A stretch of DNA of 64,000 bases. It comes from Bryobacteraceae bacterium (GTDB taxonomy: Bacteria; Acidobacteriota; Terriglobia; Bryobacterales; Bryobacteraceae). The notes under the pieces are model-generated. The model was not told the origin of the DNA. It saw nothing but the letters and a program-made list of their open reading frames with translations, and ran no database searches. Made by a program: the position numbers and the translations under genes. Shown piece by piece: positions 51,751 to 61,048 of the stretch. The stretch is taken from positions 85,909 to 149,908 of the forward strand of contig DATBIA010000095.1 in assembly GCA_036557165.1 (NCBI GenBank). Direction: 5' to 3'. Position 1 is the first letter of the stretch. Every line of letters begins with the position of its first letter.

Positions 51751-52775
51751 AGAAGAGTGCTCTCTGGATCGTGTTGCTCGGTGCGGCGGCGTTGCCGGCC
51801 CAGCCGTTGCAGAAAGTAAAGATCAACTATCCGACGCGCACCGGCCAAGTCTGGCCGCTATATATCGCCAAGGAAGGCGGCTATTACCAGAAGTATGGCC
51901 TCGATGTAGATCTGGTATTCGGAGTTCACCCCGCCGGTATCGCGATGATCGTCAGCGGTGACGCCGTAATGACCGCGTACACGCTGGAGCAATCCATGCA
52001 AGCCGCTTCCAAAGATGGATCGTTGATTGCCCTCGGCAGCCCGTTCAAGAAGAGCTTGTTCGCGCTCATGGCCTCCAAGGACATCAAGAGTATGCGCGAT
52101 CTGAAAGGCAAGCGCGTCGGAGTGAGCCAGATCGGCGACGCGCCATACAACTATACGATTGGGCTGATCGCCAAATCGGGCTTGAGTCCACGCGACGTTC
52201 AATGGGTGCCCATTGGCGCCGACGTCAGCGCCCGCGCCGCCGGGTTGACCAGCGGCCGCGTCGATGCGACCATGATCACCGCGCCGGTATATTTCAAAGT
52301 CGAAAAGCTCGGCTATAACAATTTAGCCAATATCAGCGACTACGACGACATTTACGCGCCCTCTGTGTATCTATTCAAAAAGGCCACCATTGCCGCGAAC
52401 CCGAAGCTTCCGGAGCAGTTAATGAAAGCTCACGCCGAGGCGATCAAGCGATTCTATGACGACAAAGCGTTCGCCATTAAGGCATACCTGGCGTGGGACA
52501 AACAGGATCCGAGCGATATCGAACGCGTTTACGACCATTATGCGCAAGTTAACACTTACGAGCGAGTTCCCTACATTCCAGCGGCGGCTGTGCAGTACAT
52601 GCTCGATCATCCCTCCGACGAGCGATTGGCGGCGGAGATGCGGGCCTTCGATTTCCGCAAAGTGATCGATAACAGTCTTGTGGACCGGTTAGTGAAGGAA
52701 GGCTTTTTCGAAAAACTCTTCGGACCCGGCATCAAGACCGAAGAAGAGCGGAAAGCAAAGCTGGCGTTCCGCTAG
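51741..52775 (+). CDS. ABC-transporter-type substrate-binding protein (NMT1/THI5-like, NitT/TauT family)
   Basis: Signal peptide MGLKKSALWIVLLGAAALPAQP. Motifs LKGKRVGVSQIGDAPY and VQWVPIG. Confidence 0.7.
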   Translation: MGLKKSALWIVLLGAAALPAQPLQKVKINYPTRTGQVWPLYIAKEGGYYQKYGLDVDLVFGVHPAGIAMIVSGDAVMTAYTLEQSMQAASKDGSLIALGSPFKKSLFALMASKDIKSMRDLKGKRVGVSQIGDAPYNYTIGLIAKSGLSPRDVQWVPIGADVSARAAGLTSGRVDATMITAPVYFKVEKLGYNNLANISDYDDIYAPSVYLFKKATIAANPKLPEQLMKAHAEAIKRFYDDKAFAIKAYLAWDKQDPSDIERVYDHYAQVNTYERVPYIPAAAVQYMLDHPSDERLAAEMRAFDFRKVIDNSLVDRLVKEGFFEKLFGPGIKTEEERKAKLAFR

Positions 52776-52924
52776 CGATTCCTTTAACAGGTCCTCAAGC
52801 GTCGGAGCGTAGAGCAAACGCAGGCTGACCCCCATGGACGCCCTTTACCAAGCCGCGTGAACCTGGATTTGGTATGCAGGCGCCGGCTGCATTCGGCCGC
52901 CAACGAAATCGAAATGCGCGCTTT

Positions 52925-55900
52925 CTAGAATTGGAATCGCGCCACCAATTGGCCCGACCTCGGCGCGCTGAATACCGTTCCGTTGTTGATATAGCCGAAG
53001 CCCGCAGTCGTCTGGCCGGCGGCTGTGGTGGTCTGGGTTGCCGATGGATTCGTCGCGGTTGGGTTGCTCATTTCCGTGCGGTTGAACATGTTGGTAAATT
53101 CCGCGCGGATCTGGAGGCTGGCGCGCTCTTTCACGCGGAAAACACGGCCGATACTGATGTTTTCCACGGGACGGCGTTGGTAGCGGTAGTCGGTATAGTA
53201 CGCCGCGGCGGTCCCCCACTGGCCGGCAGGCGGATTCGTCCACGCCGCGGGGTTCAACACGAACGTCTTGTTCGGGTCGAAGCAGTGGCAGTTGAGGTCC
53301 TGAGTGAACAGCGGGACGCCGGGCACACGGTTAAACAACGTGCTCTGGAACAAATATGTCGCTAGACCGTTGGTGGAGGTCCCGGTTGGAATGGGCAGAC
53401 CACTCGCATAACGCAGCAGCGATCCTATCTGCCAGTCCCGCGCGAGCCAAGAGAGCGCCTTCATGCCCGTCTGGCCGGCGCTCCACTTGGGCGTGGTATA
53501 GCTGCCGGAGAAAACGAATTGGAACGGCTGATCGAACACCGAAAGGTCTTTGTTGTTGGCGCGGTTAAAAACATCGTTGAGAATTACGCCGTCGCCGCGG
53601 CCGAAATCGTCCTCCACTCCCTCGGTGAGCTGCTTGGCCCAAGTGAACGCGGAGCCGAATTCCAATCCATGCGAGAACCTCTTGGTCGCCTTCATTTGCA
53701 GCGATTCATACCACGTGTCGCCGTCCGGCACCCAATGCCAGTTGGAAATATTTCCGTACTGTGGGAACGGACGCAGGGATTGCGCGACAGTGGACAGACT
53801 GGGGAACCCCGGATAGGGCAAGCCAAATCCGCGCGACGCGGCCAAGCTCGAACCGACGGGAGAACCCAAGAGCGTACGGTCCGCCAAGCTGTTCAAGTTC
53901 AGTCCCTGCGACGCGAGGAATTGCGGCGTCACGCAATTGGGGCAGATCATCCCGCCTGCGTTCCACCATGCGCCGCGGTTGCCGACGTAAGTCGCCTCGA
54001 CCAGAATGTTGCGGGCGATTTCGCGTTGCACTCCGAGGCTCCATTGCAATACTCGCGCGGGCCGGCCGGCATTTTGATCCTGCTCCTGCGGCGCCGATCC
54101 CAGCGTGCCGGGAAACAGACCCTGGCCGGGATTGAAATTCGGGAACGTGAGCTTGTAGGGCATCCCGTTACTCATTACAAACGCTGGGTCTCCATAAGAG
54201 GCTGTCGCGTATTGATACTGAGTAACTGACGATAATCCTAGATTGTTATTGTCCGTCTTGTAATACGACACGCCGGCGCCCACACGCAGGACAGTCTTGG
54301 GCGTGATCTGATAAGCCAGTCCAAGGCGTGGTCCAAAGGCGAATGGGTAATTCTTGGAGTACAGACAATTGCAGCGGCCACCGCCGTAGCCTTCGCCGAT
54401 GATGGCGCCCAATCTTCCCCCGGCATTCGGGTTCGGCGTGGACGGAGACCAGATCAAGTAATAGCCGTTGCCGTCTTGCAAATAGGTGGAAAAATCGTAG
54501 CGCAGCCCGTAGTCGATCGTCAGCTTGCGCGTGGCTTTCCAGGAATCCTGGGCGAAGCCGGAGAGCGAATGCGCTCCCATGTGGTTATGCACCGGAACGG
54601 CGGAGAATCCTCCGTCCACGGCGCCCAGAAGGAAACTAGCGTACGAGTATCCCACCGTAGACGGCAGACTCACCCCGTTGAGAGCGGGAAGACCCGTTTC
54701 ATTGGGACTGAAATTGAGCCATCCATCGGTGTAAGTCTCATTGAACATCTGATAGCCGTCCACCATCATTTCGCCGCCGAATTTGAAGGTGTGATTGTTA
54801 TGCACCCACGTAAGGCTGGTATTCGCGGTGGGCTTACGGTAAGTCATATGGATCTGGTTGCCAGGGCCGGTGGTATAGCTCATTCCGCCCTGATTGCCGA
54901 GCAACGTCGAATTGGGAGCGCCCACAACAGCTCCGATCACCGGAAATAGAGTCGAATTGGTTCCCGTCAGGCCAAGCTGAGCGGCGGAGTCGAATCGATC
55001 GCTGTGATCGTTAATCCGAGTGTCTACGAGCCCGGCGCCGAAATGCAGCAGGAGCGTGGGCGTTATGGTTTGATCGAAATTCAGGCGATAGGTATTCGAA
55101 TTGACCAGACGGGGCTGACCGCTTCGGATGGGAGGCGGCAGAGCGCCATTGTTCGGATTATCCTGGCGGTTCAGCGACCAGAATCCCGTGATCTTCGACT
55201 TTGCGCTCAACTGGTAATCAGCTTTCAGCGATGGAATCAACGTATATTTCGGGTTTGTATACGTCGGCAAATAGTTGTTGATAAGACCGGAGCTGGTGGG
55301 CTGAGGAATCAGGTTCTGAATCTTCACCGCCACAGGATCGAAATCGGTAGCCGGGATCATATTGTTGGGAAACGGATTGCGGTATCGCAAACCGCCGACG
55401 AAGAAATCGGTGGAAGGATCGTAGATCGTGTTTTCGAGCACGGGGCGTCCGAAGCCGTCGTTGTTCTCCAATGTGCGTCCCGTGAGTGTCTTACTAAAAT
55501 CGCCGTTGCGATAGGCGAGTGTCGGAACGGTGCCGCTCACGTTATTCGTGATGGTCGTTTCGCCGAAATGCTCGAAGCTGAAAAAGAAGAATGCTTTGTC
55601 GTGGCCGTTATAAATCTTAGGCAGCACTACGGGGCCGCCGAATGTAAACCCCCAATCGTTGCGCCGCTGCCGGGGCCGCAGCAGATTGCCATTGCCGTCG
55701 CTGGTGAATGGCGTGCCCGCGTTCAGCGCTTCGTTGACGAAGTACTCATACGCGCCTCCGTGGAATTGATTGGTTCCCGAGCGCATGGTGACGTTGAATA
55801 GACCGCCGCCGGCCTGGCCAAGCTCCGCCGCGTAATTGCTGGTCTGGACCGCGAACTCCTGCATCGCGTCCACGCTGCCCTGCGTCTGAGACTGCGCGGA

Positions 55901-56506
55901 ATACCAGCCGTTCGTCGCGTCCTGACCTTCGATGCGCATGGCTTGCGTATTCGCAGGCATGCCGTTGATGCGAATATCAACGTCGGGAGCGTAGGTGGCG
56001 CCGGGGAGCAACTGCACCACCGCGTATGGATTGCGAATGCCGGACGAGCCCGCGCTTGCGCCGATGCCCATCACGGGAAGATTGTTCATCGTAGTCGTTG
56101 TGACTGTGTGGCTGAGCTCGCCGCTTTCGGTGTTGAGCAAAGGAGCGGCTTCGGTAACGGTGACCGACTCTGTATTGGCGCCGACTTCAAGCACAGCGTC
56201 GACGCGATAAGTTTCCGCCACATTCACTGTGACGTTCTTTCGTACGAATTTTTTGAAACCAGGTACGGTGATGCTCAATTCGTACTGGCCGGCGGGCAAT
56301 TGAGCCAGGGTATAGTTTCCGGTGGCGGAGGTTCCTGCCTGATATACAGCCCCGGTTTCGATATTCCTGATCTCGACCGGCGCATTCGCCACCACGGCGC
56401 CCGCAGGATCGCTAACGGTTCCGGTGATGGTTCCGCGATCGCTCTGCGCCAAAACGGCGCCCGAAAGCACACAAAAACAGCCCGCAATTACGAGAATCCT
56501 CATCAA
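52925..56506 (-). CDS. TonB-dependent receptor with an N-terminal carboxypeptidase-regulatory-like domain
   Basis: Signal peptide, then GTITGTVSDPAGAVVANAPVEIRN...GNYTLAQLPAGQYELSITVPGFKKF, then a plug and a long beta-barrel. 1193 aa, ending in ARFQF (terminal Phe). Confidence 0.85.
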   Translation of the reverse strand: MMRILVIAGCFCVLSGAVLAQSDRGTITGTVSDPAGAVVANAPVEIRNIETGAVYQAGTSATGNYTLAQLPAGQYELSITVPGFKKFVRKNVTVNVAETYRVDAVLEVGANTESVTVTEAAPLLNTESGELSHTVTTTTMNNLPVMGIGASAGSSGIRNPYAVVQLLPGATYAPDVDIRINGMPANTQAMRIEGQDATNGWYSAQSQTQGSVDAMQEFAVQTSNYAAELGQAGGGLFNVTMRSGTNQFHGGAYEYFVNEALNAGTPFTSDGNGNLLRPRQRRNDWGFTFGGPVVLPKIYNGHDKAFFFFSFEHFGETTITNNVSGTVPTLAYRNGDFSKTLTGRTLENNDGFGRPVLENTIYDPSTDFFVGGLRYRNPFPNNMIPATDFDPVAVKIQNLIPQPTSSGLINNYLPTYTNPKYTLIPSLKADYQLSAKSKITGFWSLNRQDNPNNGALPPPIRSGQPRLVNSNTYRLNFDQTITPTLLLHFGAGLVDTRINDHSDRFDSAAQLGLTGTNSTLFPVIGAVVGAPNSTLLGNQGGMSYTTGPGNQIHMTYRKPTANTSLTWVHNNHTFKFGGEMMVDGYQMFNETYTDGWLNFSPNETGLPALNGVSLPSTVGYSYASFLLGAVDGGFSAVPVHNHMGAHSLSGFAQDSWKATRKLTIDYGLRYDFSTYLQDGNGYYLIWSPSTPNPNAGGRLGAIIGEGYGGGRCNCLYSKNYPFAFGPRLGLAYQITPKTVLRVGAGVSYYKTDNNNLGLSSVTQYQYATASYGDPAFVMSNGMPYKLTFPNFNPGQGLFPGTLGSAPQEQDQNAGRPARVLQWSLGVQREIARNILVEATYVGNRGAWWNAGGMICPNCVTPQFLASQGLNLNSLADRTLLGSPVGSSLAASRGFGLPYPGFPSLSTVAQSLRPFPQYGNISNWHWVPDGDTWYESLQMKATKRFSHGLEFGSAFTWAKQLTEGVEDDFGRGDGVILNDVFNRANNKDLSVFDQPFQFVFSGSYTTPKWSAGQTGMKALSWLARDWQIGSLLRYASGLPIPTGTSTNGLATYLFQSTLFNRVPGVPLFTQDLNCHCFDPNKTFVLNPAAWTNPPAGQWGTAAAYYTDYRYQRRPVENISIGRVFRVKERASLQIRAEFTNMFNRTEMSNPTATNPSATQTTTAAGQTTAGFGYINNGTVFSAPRSGQLVARFQF

Positions 56507-56635
56507 TAAACTCCCCTTTTAGCCGAGCCAACTAATCGACACTATACCCCTCCGCTACAGCCGGTCAATAGTCATTGTGCATAGACAAGAGGAAGTTTTC
56601 TGCATGCAGGAGGCGGCGCGTCGGTGGAGATGCCG

Positions 56636-57766
56636 TCAACGCGGGAAGACGCGCTCGCCGCTTAGATACGTCTCCAACACTTGCAGGCGGCCGCCATCGA
56701 AGCGGAACTTCACGATGTCGGCGCGATCTCCGGGCTGAAGGCCGCGGAGCCGTGCGGCAACGCGTCCGGCGCGGGCGGGATTAATAGTCGCCATGGCGAC
56801 GGCGTCGCGCAAACCGATGCCCAAGCGGCGAACCGCGTTAGAGATCGCGGCATCCATACGCAGGTTGGATCCGGCCAGCCGAGAGCCTCCCTTCAGCACG
56901 ACCCGATCCTCGCGATGTTCGAGCTCCACCTCTCCCAGGCTCGGACCGACCGCATCGGTGATAAGAATACTTCGTTCGATTCCCTTCGCGCGAAGGGCGA
57001 CCCGCAAGAAGGCATCCGGCAGATGCACGTCGTCCACAATGAAGCTGGCGGCGAGGCGATCATCCGCAAGCTGCTCCCACAGATAATTGCGATGGCGCGG
57101 GAGCGTGGGATGACCGGCATTTCCCAGGTGCGTCGATAGGGTCGCGCCGGCGCGTACCGCCTCCTGGATCTGCGCGGGCGTGGCGGCGGTGTGACCAATG
57201 GCGGCAGCCACTCCGTCGCCCACCAGTTGTTGGATATAACTCGGCGCTTCGGGCCACTCGGGCGAAAGCGTGACCAGGCGAACCGCGCCATTGGCCGCGT
57301 CTTGCCAACGGCGATATTCCGCGACATCGGGCGGCCGCACCCATCGGGCTGGATGCGCGCCGCGAGGGCCGTCCTCGGGCGAGATATGAGGGCCTTCGAT
57401 GTGGAAGGCTTCTATTGCCGCGCCGCGCGCGATGGTTTCGCGGACTCGTGCGAGATTCGCCAGCGCGCCGAGCATCGCTTCGGGTGAAGCTGTGATCACC
57501 GTGGGAAAAATCCGCGTGACGCCCGTGGCGAAAAGCGAATCGAGCGAAGCGGCAATCGCTTCCGGCGAAGCAGTGGGGGAATTGTAATCGACGCCTGCGA
57601 AGTCCCTCAAGACGCCATTAATCTGAAGATCGATGAAGCCGGGAGCGAGCCATGTCTCCGGTTCTTCGGAAGCCGCTTCCAACACCGGCTCGGAATGGGC
57701 GATGGCGCGGTCGAACTCCAACTCCATCATTTCGCCGGAGAAGATGTAACGTCCTTTACATCTCAT
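56636..57766 (-). CDS. N-acetylglucosamine-6-phosphate deacetylase-like amidohydrolase
   Basis: APGFIDLQINGVLRDFAGVDYN resembles the NagA GFID-Q-NG metal-binding motif. Motifs STHLGNAG and ITDAV are also present. Confidence 0.65.
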   Translation of the reverse strand: MRCKGRYIFSGEMMELEFDRAIAHSEPVLEAASEEPETWLAPGFIDLQINGVLRDFAGVDYNSPTASPEAIAASLDSLFATGVTRIFPTVITASPEAMLGALANLARVRETIARGAAIEAFHIEGPHISPEDGPRGAHPARWVRPPDVAEYRRWQDAANGAVRLVTLSPEWPEAPSYIQQLVGDGVAAAIGHTAATPAQIQEAVRAGATLSTHLGNAGHPTLPRHRNYLWEQLADDRLAASFIVDDVHLPDAFLRVALRAKGIERSILITDAVGPSLGEVELEHREDRVVLKGGSRLAGSNLRMDAAISNAVRRLGIGLRDAVAMATINPARAGRVAARLRGLQPGDRADIVKFRFDGGRLQVLETYLSGERVFPR

Positions 57767-58130
57767 TGCTATCGTGGTTTATTCACAAGTTACCCACACC
57801 GGAGCGGCGCCCGCCTGGCGGAAATGCTTCAAATACAACGTGGAAAGGCTCGCAAGGAACTTGTTGAAAACCGAAATTCCTTATGGCGTCGCTTGCCGTC
57901 TCCTGGTACAACGGATAACAGATTTCTGCGCGCGGAGCCGGAGGGACTGGGTCAGTCTCGGGGGAGGTGGCCTGCCATTCGGCTCTCGCGCGGAAACCGT
58001 CCTCCCGAGTATAATGCGGTAACCCGGGCTTCCACTGCGCGGCTGGCCCAAAGCCAGTCTCCATTGGATTCCGCGTCTGACCTCCGACGGACGTTGGCCA
58101 ATTCGCGCAGCCATAGGGGCTCGGGTTTTT

Positions 58131-58430
58131 TTACTGAATCCGCCGGCTCCTCGCGGTCCCGTTCACCAAATCGATCAGGGCATTCACCCGCTCGTCGGTG
58201 TGCTTCACCGCGTCCGCCAGTTGTCTTTGCAATTCCACCAGCCGCGTCATCTGCTCCGCCAGAACCACCTGGGAGTTGAGCATGCGCTTGTGCTCTCCTG
58301 TGAACCGCTCGTGTTCCTCGAGCAAACGGCCGTGCTGCTCCACGAAATGGACGTAGGAGTTGACCATTTTTTCGAGGAGGCGCTCGATGCGTTCGAACCG
58401 GGTCGTGGGATTGCTGCCGTTGGGTTCCAT
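58131..58430 (-). CDS. small coiled-coil protein of unknown function
   Basis: 99-aa ORF with heptad-like charged/hydrophobic periodicity (RFERIERLLEKMVNSYVHFVEQHGRLLEEHERF...). It lies 18 nt downstream of the FNR-like gene on the same strand. Confidence 0.5.
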   Translation of the reverse strand: MEPNGSNPTTRFERIERLLEKMVNSYVHFVEQHGRLLEEHERFTGEHKRMLNSQVVLAEQMTRLVELQRQLADAVKHTDERVNALIDLVNGTARSRRIQ

Positions 58431-58448
58431 CTGCCCAGTTTACCCGCA

Positions 58449-59138
58449 TCAGTCGTATTTTTCGTAGAAAATCTGCTTTCTGTCGAAGCCCATGGCTTTC
58501 AGCGTTCGGCGCACGTCGTCCACCATCGCTTTTAGCCCGCATAGATACACGTCGAGATCGCGCCGGCTGCCGAGCGCTTCGTTCAGATGTTCTTGCACAT
58601 GGCCCGCGCGGCCGCTCCAGCCGGATTCGGGACGGCTCAGCGTGGGCCAATAGCGAAAATTCCGAAAGCGCTGAGCCAATCGCTCGAACTCCTGCCCGTA
58701 CATCAGATGGGTTTCATATCGCACGCCGAACAGCAGCGTGATCGCGGGCGCCGCGTCCGTCAGGTGAGCTTGCAGCATGGAACGAAAAGGCGCGATTCCA
58801 GTGCCTGTGGCGACGAACAGCGAATCCCGGGGAGGCTGGCGCATGACGAACATGCCTAACGGCGGCTTCATCTCGACCGCTTCGCCGGGCTTCATCTCGA
58901 ATAATGAATTTGAGAACAGCCCTTCCGAAACCCGATTCAGGCACAGCTCAAAGCGGTTGCCGCCGAAGGGCGGCGACGCGATCGAGTAGGCGCGCGTAAT
59001 TTCCTTGCCCTCGATGGGAGCGGTGAACGATACGAATTGGCCGGGTGCGAAATCGAGCCGGTCCACTCCTTCGGCCTCGAATACGAAATGCCGAACCTGA
59101 GGCGCCAGATCGAACGCTTCGATCAGTTTGGCCCGCAT
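58449..59138 (-). CDS. ferredoxin-NADP reductase-like FAD/NAD(P)-binding oxidoreductase
   Basis: FAD-binding RAYSIASPP (RxYS) and NAD-binding FVATGTGIAPFRSM. YLCGLKAMV is near the C-terminus. Confidence 0.75.
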   Translation of the reverse strand: MRAKLIEAFDLAPQVRHFVFEAEGVDRLDFAPGQFVSFTAPIEGKEITRAYSIASPPFGGNRFELCLNRVSEGLFSNSLFEMKPGEAVEMKPPLGMFVMRQPPRDSLFVATGTGIAPFRSMLQAHLTDAAPAITLLFGVRYETHLMYGQEFERLAQRFRNFRYWPTLSRPESGWSGRAGHVQEHLNEALGSRRDLDVYLCGLKAMVDDVRRTLKAMGFDRKQIFYEKYD

Positions 59139-59500
59139 ACGGGGTGAGTTCTAGCGCGGTCGAGCAGGGCATCCACCATCCCCGGATGTCCGTCGAGCGG
59201 CGGCGTCACGTCGATTTCGATTCCGGGGTTGGCAAGCCTCGCCTTCGCGACCAACTTCGGGAGGTCGCGCTGGAGATGGAGACCGAGCGTAAGGAAATAG
59301 GGAATGACCAGGATCCGCGTGGCGCCCCGAGCGGCTAATGCCCGCGCGGCGTCGTCTAAATTAGGCCGCCCCCCTTCCAGAAAGGCAGCCGTGACGTGCT
59401 CCAAATGCCCCTGCCGGGCCATTTCGGCCGCCACCGAGCGCACTGCTTCGTTCGCCGATTCCACGCTCGATCCGTGCGCGAATACGATGTAGCCGGTCAT
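59123..59500 (-). CDS. CbiX/SirB-type (small) sirohydrochlorin chelatase
   Basis: MTGYIVFAHGSSVESANE and VIPYFLTLGLHLQRDLP carry the catalytic His pattern of CbiX(S). 125 aa. Confidence 0.7.
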   Translation of the reverse strand: MTGYIVFAHGSSVESANEAVRSVAAEMARQGHLEHVTAAFLEGGRPNLDDAARALAARGATRILVIPYFLTLGLHLQRDLPKLVAKARLANPGIEIDVTPPLDGHPGMVDALLDRARTHPVCGPN

Positions 59501-60117
59501 ATCGTCAATGCGGCTTTTTCGCGCTCCGGAAACGCCTGCCTCAAGAAATCGTGGAACATCCGCCCGCGAGGCCGACCGTTGTTATTTGCAAGTTGAAGAC
59601 GTTGCAGGAACACGAGTACGCCCAGAACGTCCGCGTCACGCAGGCTGTGGATCGCGGAGCTTTCGGCCATTCGCTTGGATAAATTCTCAACCGCGATTTT
59701 CAGGTGCTGTTGAATCGCGGCAGCATACGGATTCGGCGAGCGCGTTTCGTAGATCAGGCCGGATTGCAGCGTGCGGTAGGTCTTGATCAGAGCTTCCAGC
59801 GCTTCGCCGGCGTCGCCGTCGACGGCCCTTTCCTCCTCCATCGCTTTTACAAGCGCCAGCGCAAGCCAGACGATCAGCGGCTCCTGCTTTTCGATGAATT
59901 CGTCGGTCACACGGATGTCGCGGTTGGGAAGCTGGTCTTGGGAGATCTCGATCGGCCGCTCGTGCGTGCGCGCTTCTTGAAGATATTGGCAGCCTGAAGG
60001 GCAGTCGATGGTGTTCTCGCGTCCTGCGCCGCAGCAGGCTGGACAGATGTCTCCGCCTACGCCGGGACAATACCGCCGGGCGCGCTTTTTCTCACAAATT
60101 TTGCAGGGAACGTTCAA
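59497..60117 (-). CDS. Cys-rich (putative zinc-ribbon) protein of unknown function
   Basis: N-terminus CKICEKKRARRYCPGVGGDICPACCGAGRENTIDCPSGCQYL has nine Cys in 40 aa. The rest is helical. ATGA overlap with the CbiX gene. Confidence 0.5.
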   Translation of the reverse strand: MNVPCKICEKKRARRYCPGVGGDICPACCGAGRENTIDCPSGCQYLQEARTHERPIEISQDQLPNRDIRVTDEFIEKQEPLIVWLALALVKAMEEERAVDGDAGEALEALIKTYRTLQSGLIYETRSPNPYAAAIQQHLKIAVENLSKRMAESSAIHSLRDADVLGVLVFLQRLQLANNNGRPRGRMFHDFLRQAFPEREKAALTI

Positions 60118-60130
60118 GGCCGGCTTGCCT

Positions 60131-61048
60131 CTAGTTTAGCGCGCGCGCCCACTTCCCCACTCTTTGGAAAAACATTTTCGCCCGCCCCACATCAAAAAGG
60201 ATTTGCCGCTTCAGGGAATCTGCACTGTCGAACTTTCGCTCATCGCGGACGCGCCGGAGAAACTCAACTCGTATGCACGCCGGGGTTGGCCCGTCAAGCG
60301 CATCCAGAAGAAAGGTCTCGATCGAGAGATCCTCCCCGCCAAAGGTGGGGCGAACGCCAATATTGGTGACGGAATTCCAGCGCCGGCCGTTTTCCGGATC
60401 GGTGGTCCGGGTGATATAAACGCCATTCGCCGGGAGAACCTCCCTCGGGGGACGCAAATTGAGAGTCGGCACGGTTTGCTTGGCGCCGATGCCAAAGCCG
60501 TGAACCACTTCGCCGGAAATCGCGTACGGCCGTTCCAAAAGACGGCAGGCTCGCGACACTTCGCCCCGCTCCAGCAGCGAGCGGATTTCACTGGTGGAGA
60601 CGATCATACCCCGTCGCGCAACCGGCGCCACTAGCCGAGTTTCGAATCCATAGCGCTCGCCCAAAGCCGTAAGCGTACTCGCGTCGCCGGACTGCTTGTG
60701 GCCGAAACGAAAGTTGCCGCCGATCACCACGCCGCGGGCCTGCATTTCGCCGCGCACGTACCGGACCACGAACTCTTCTGGGGATAGGCGCGCGATCTCC
60801 GGCGTGAACCGCAAAATGAAAATCTGTTCGATTCCCAGTCCTCTCATCAGCGCGCATCGATCGTCCAGAGAGGTGAGCGGGCGTGGCGCGCGCTCCGGCG
60901 ATACGACGCACGCCGGATGCGGATCGAAAGTCAACACCGAAGGCGCCACCCCGAACTTCGCCGCCAGGGAAATCGTCTCGCGAAGCAGGCGCGCGTGTCC
61001 CGCGTGCACTCCATCGAATTTTCCGATGGTGAGAGCCGACGGCTTCAC
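60131..61048 (-). CDS. ribF: bifunctional riboflavin kinase / FMN adenylyltransferase
   Basis: Trimmed to the GTG at 61048, which forms a GTGA overlap with the upstream stop. Motifs: IGKFDGVHAGH, GGNFRFG, PTLNL, GVYITR, IGVRPTF. Confidence 0.9.
   Translation of the reverse strand: MKPSALTIGKFDGVHAGHARLLRETISLAAKFGVAPSVLTFDPHPACVVSPERAPRPLTSLDDRCALMRGLGIEQIFILRFTPEIARLSPEEFVVRYVRGEMQARGVVIGGNFRFGHKQSGDASTLTALGERYGFETRLVAPVARRGMIVSTSEIRSLLERGEVSRACRLLERPYAISGEVVHGFGIGAKQTVPTLNLRPPREVLPANGVYITRTTDPENGRRWNSVTNIGVRPTFGGEDLSIETFLLDALDGPTPACIRVEFLRRVRDERKFDSADSLKRQILFDVGRAKMFFQRVGKWARALN

Noticed and set aside
57941-57976. Resemblance of GGGTCAGTCTCGGGGGAGGTGGCC to the SRP (4.5S) RNA domain IV motif GGTCAGGTCCGGAAGGAAGCAGCC.
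   Set aside because: The invariant GGAA tetraloop and the AGCA of the symmetric loop are absent, and no flanking helix 5 pairing was found.
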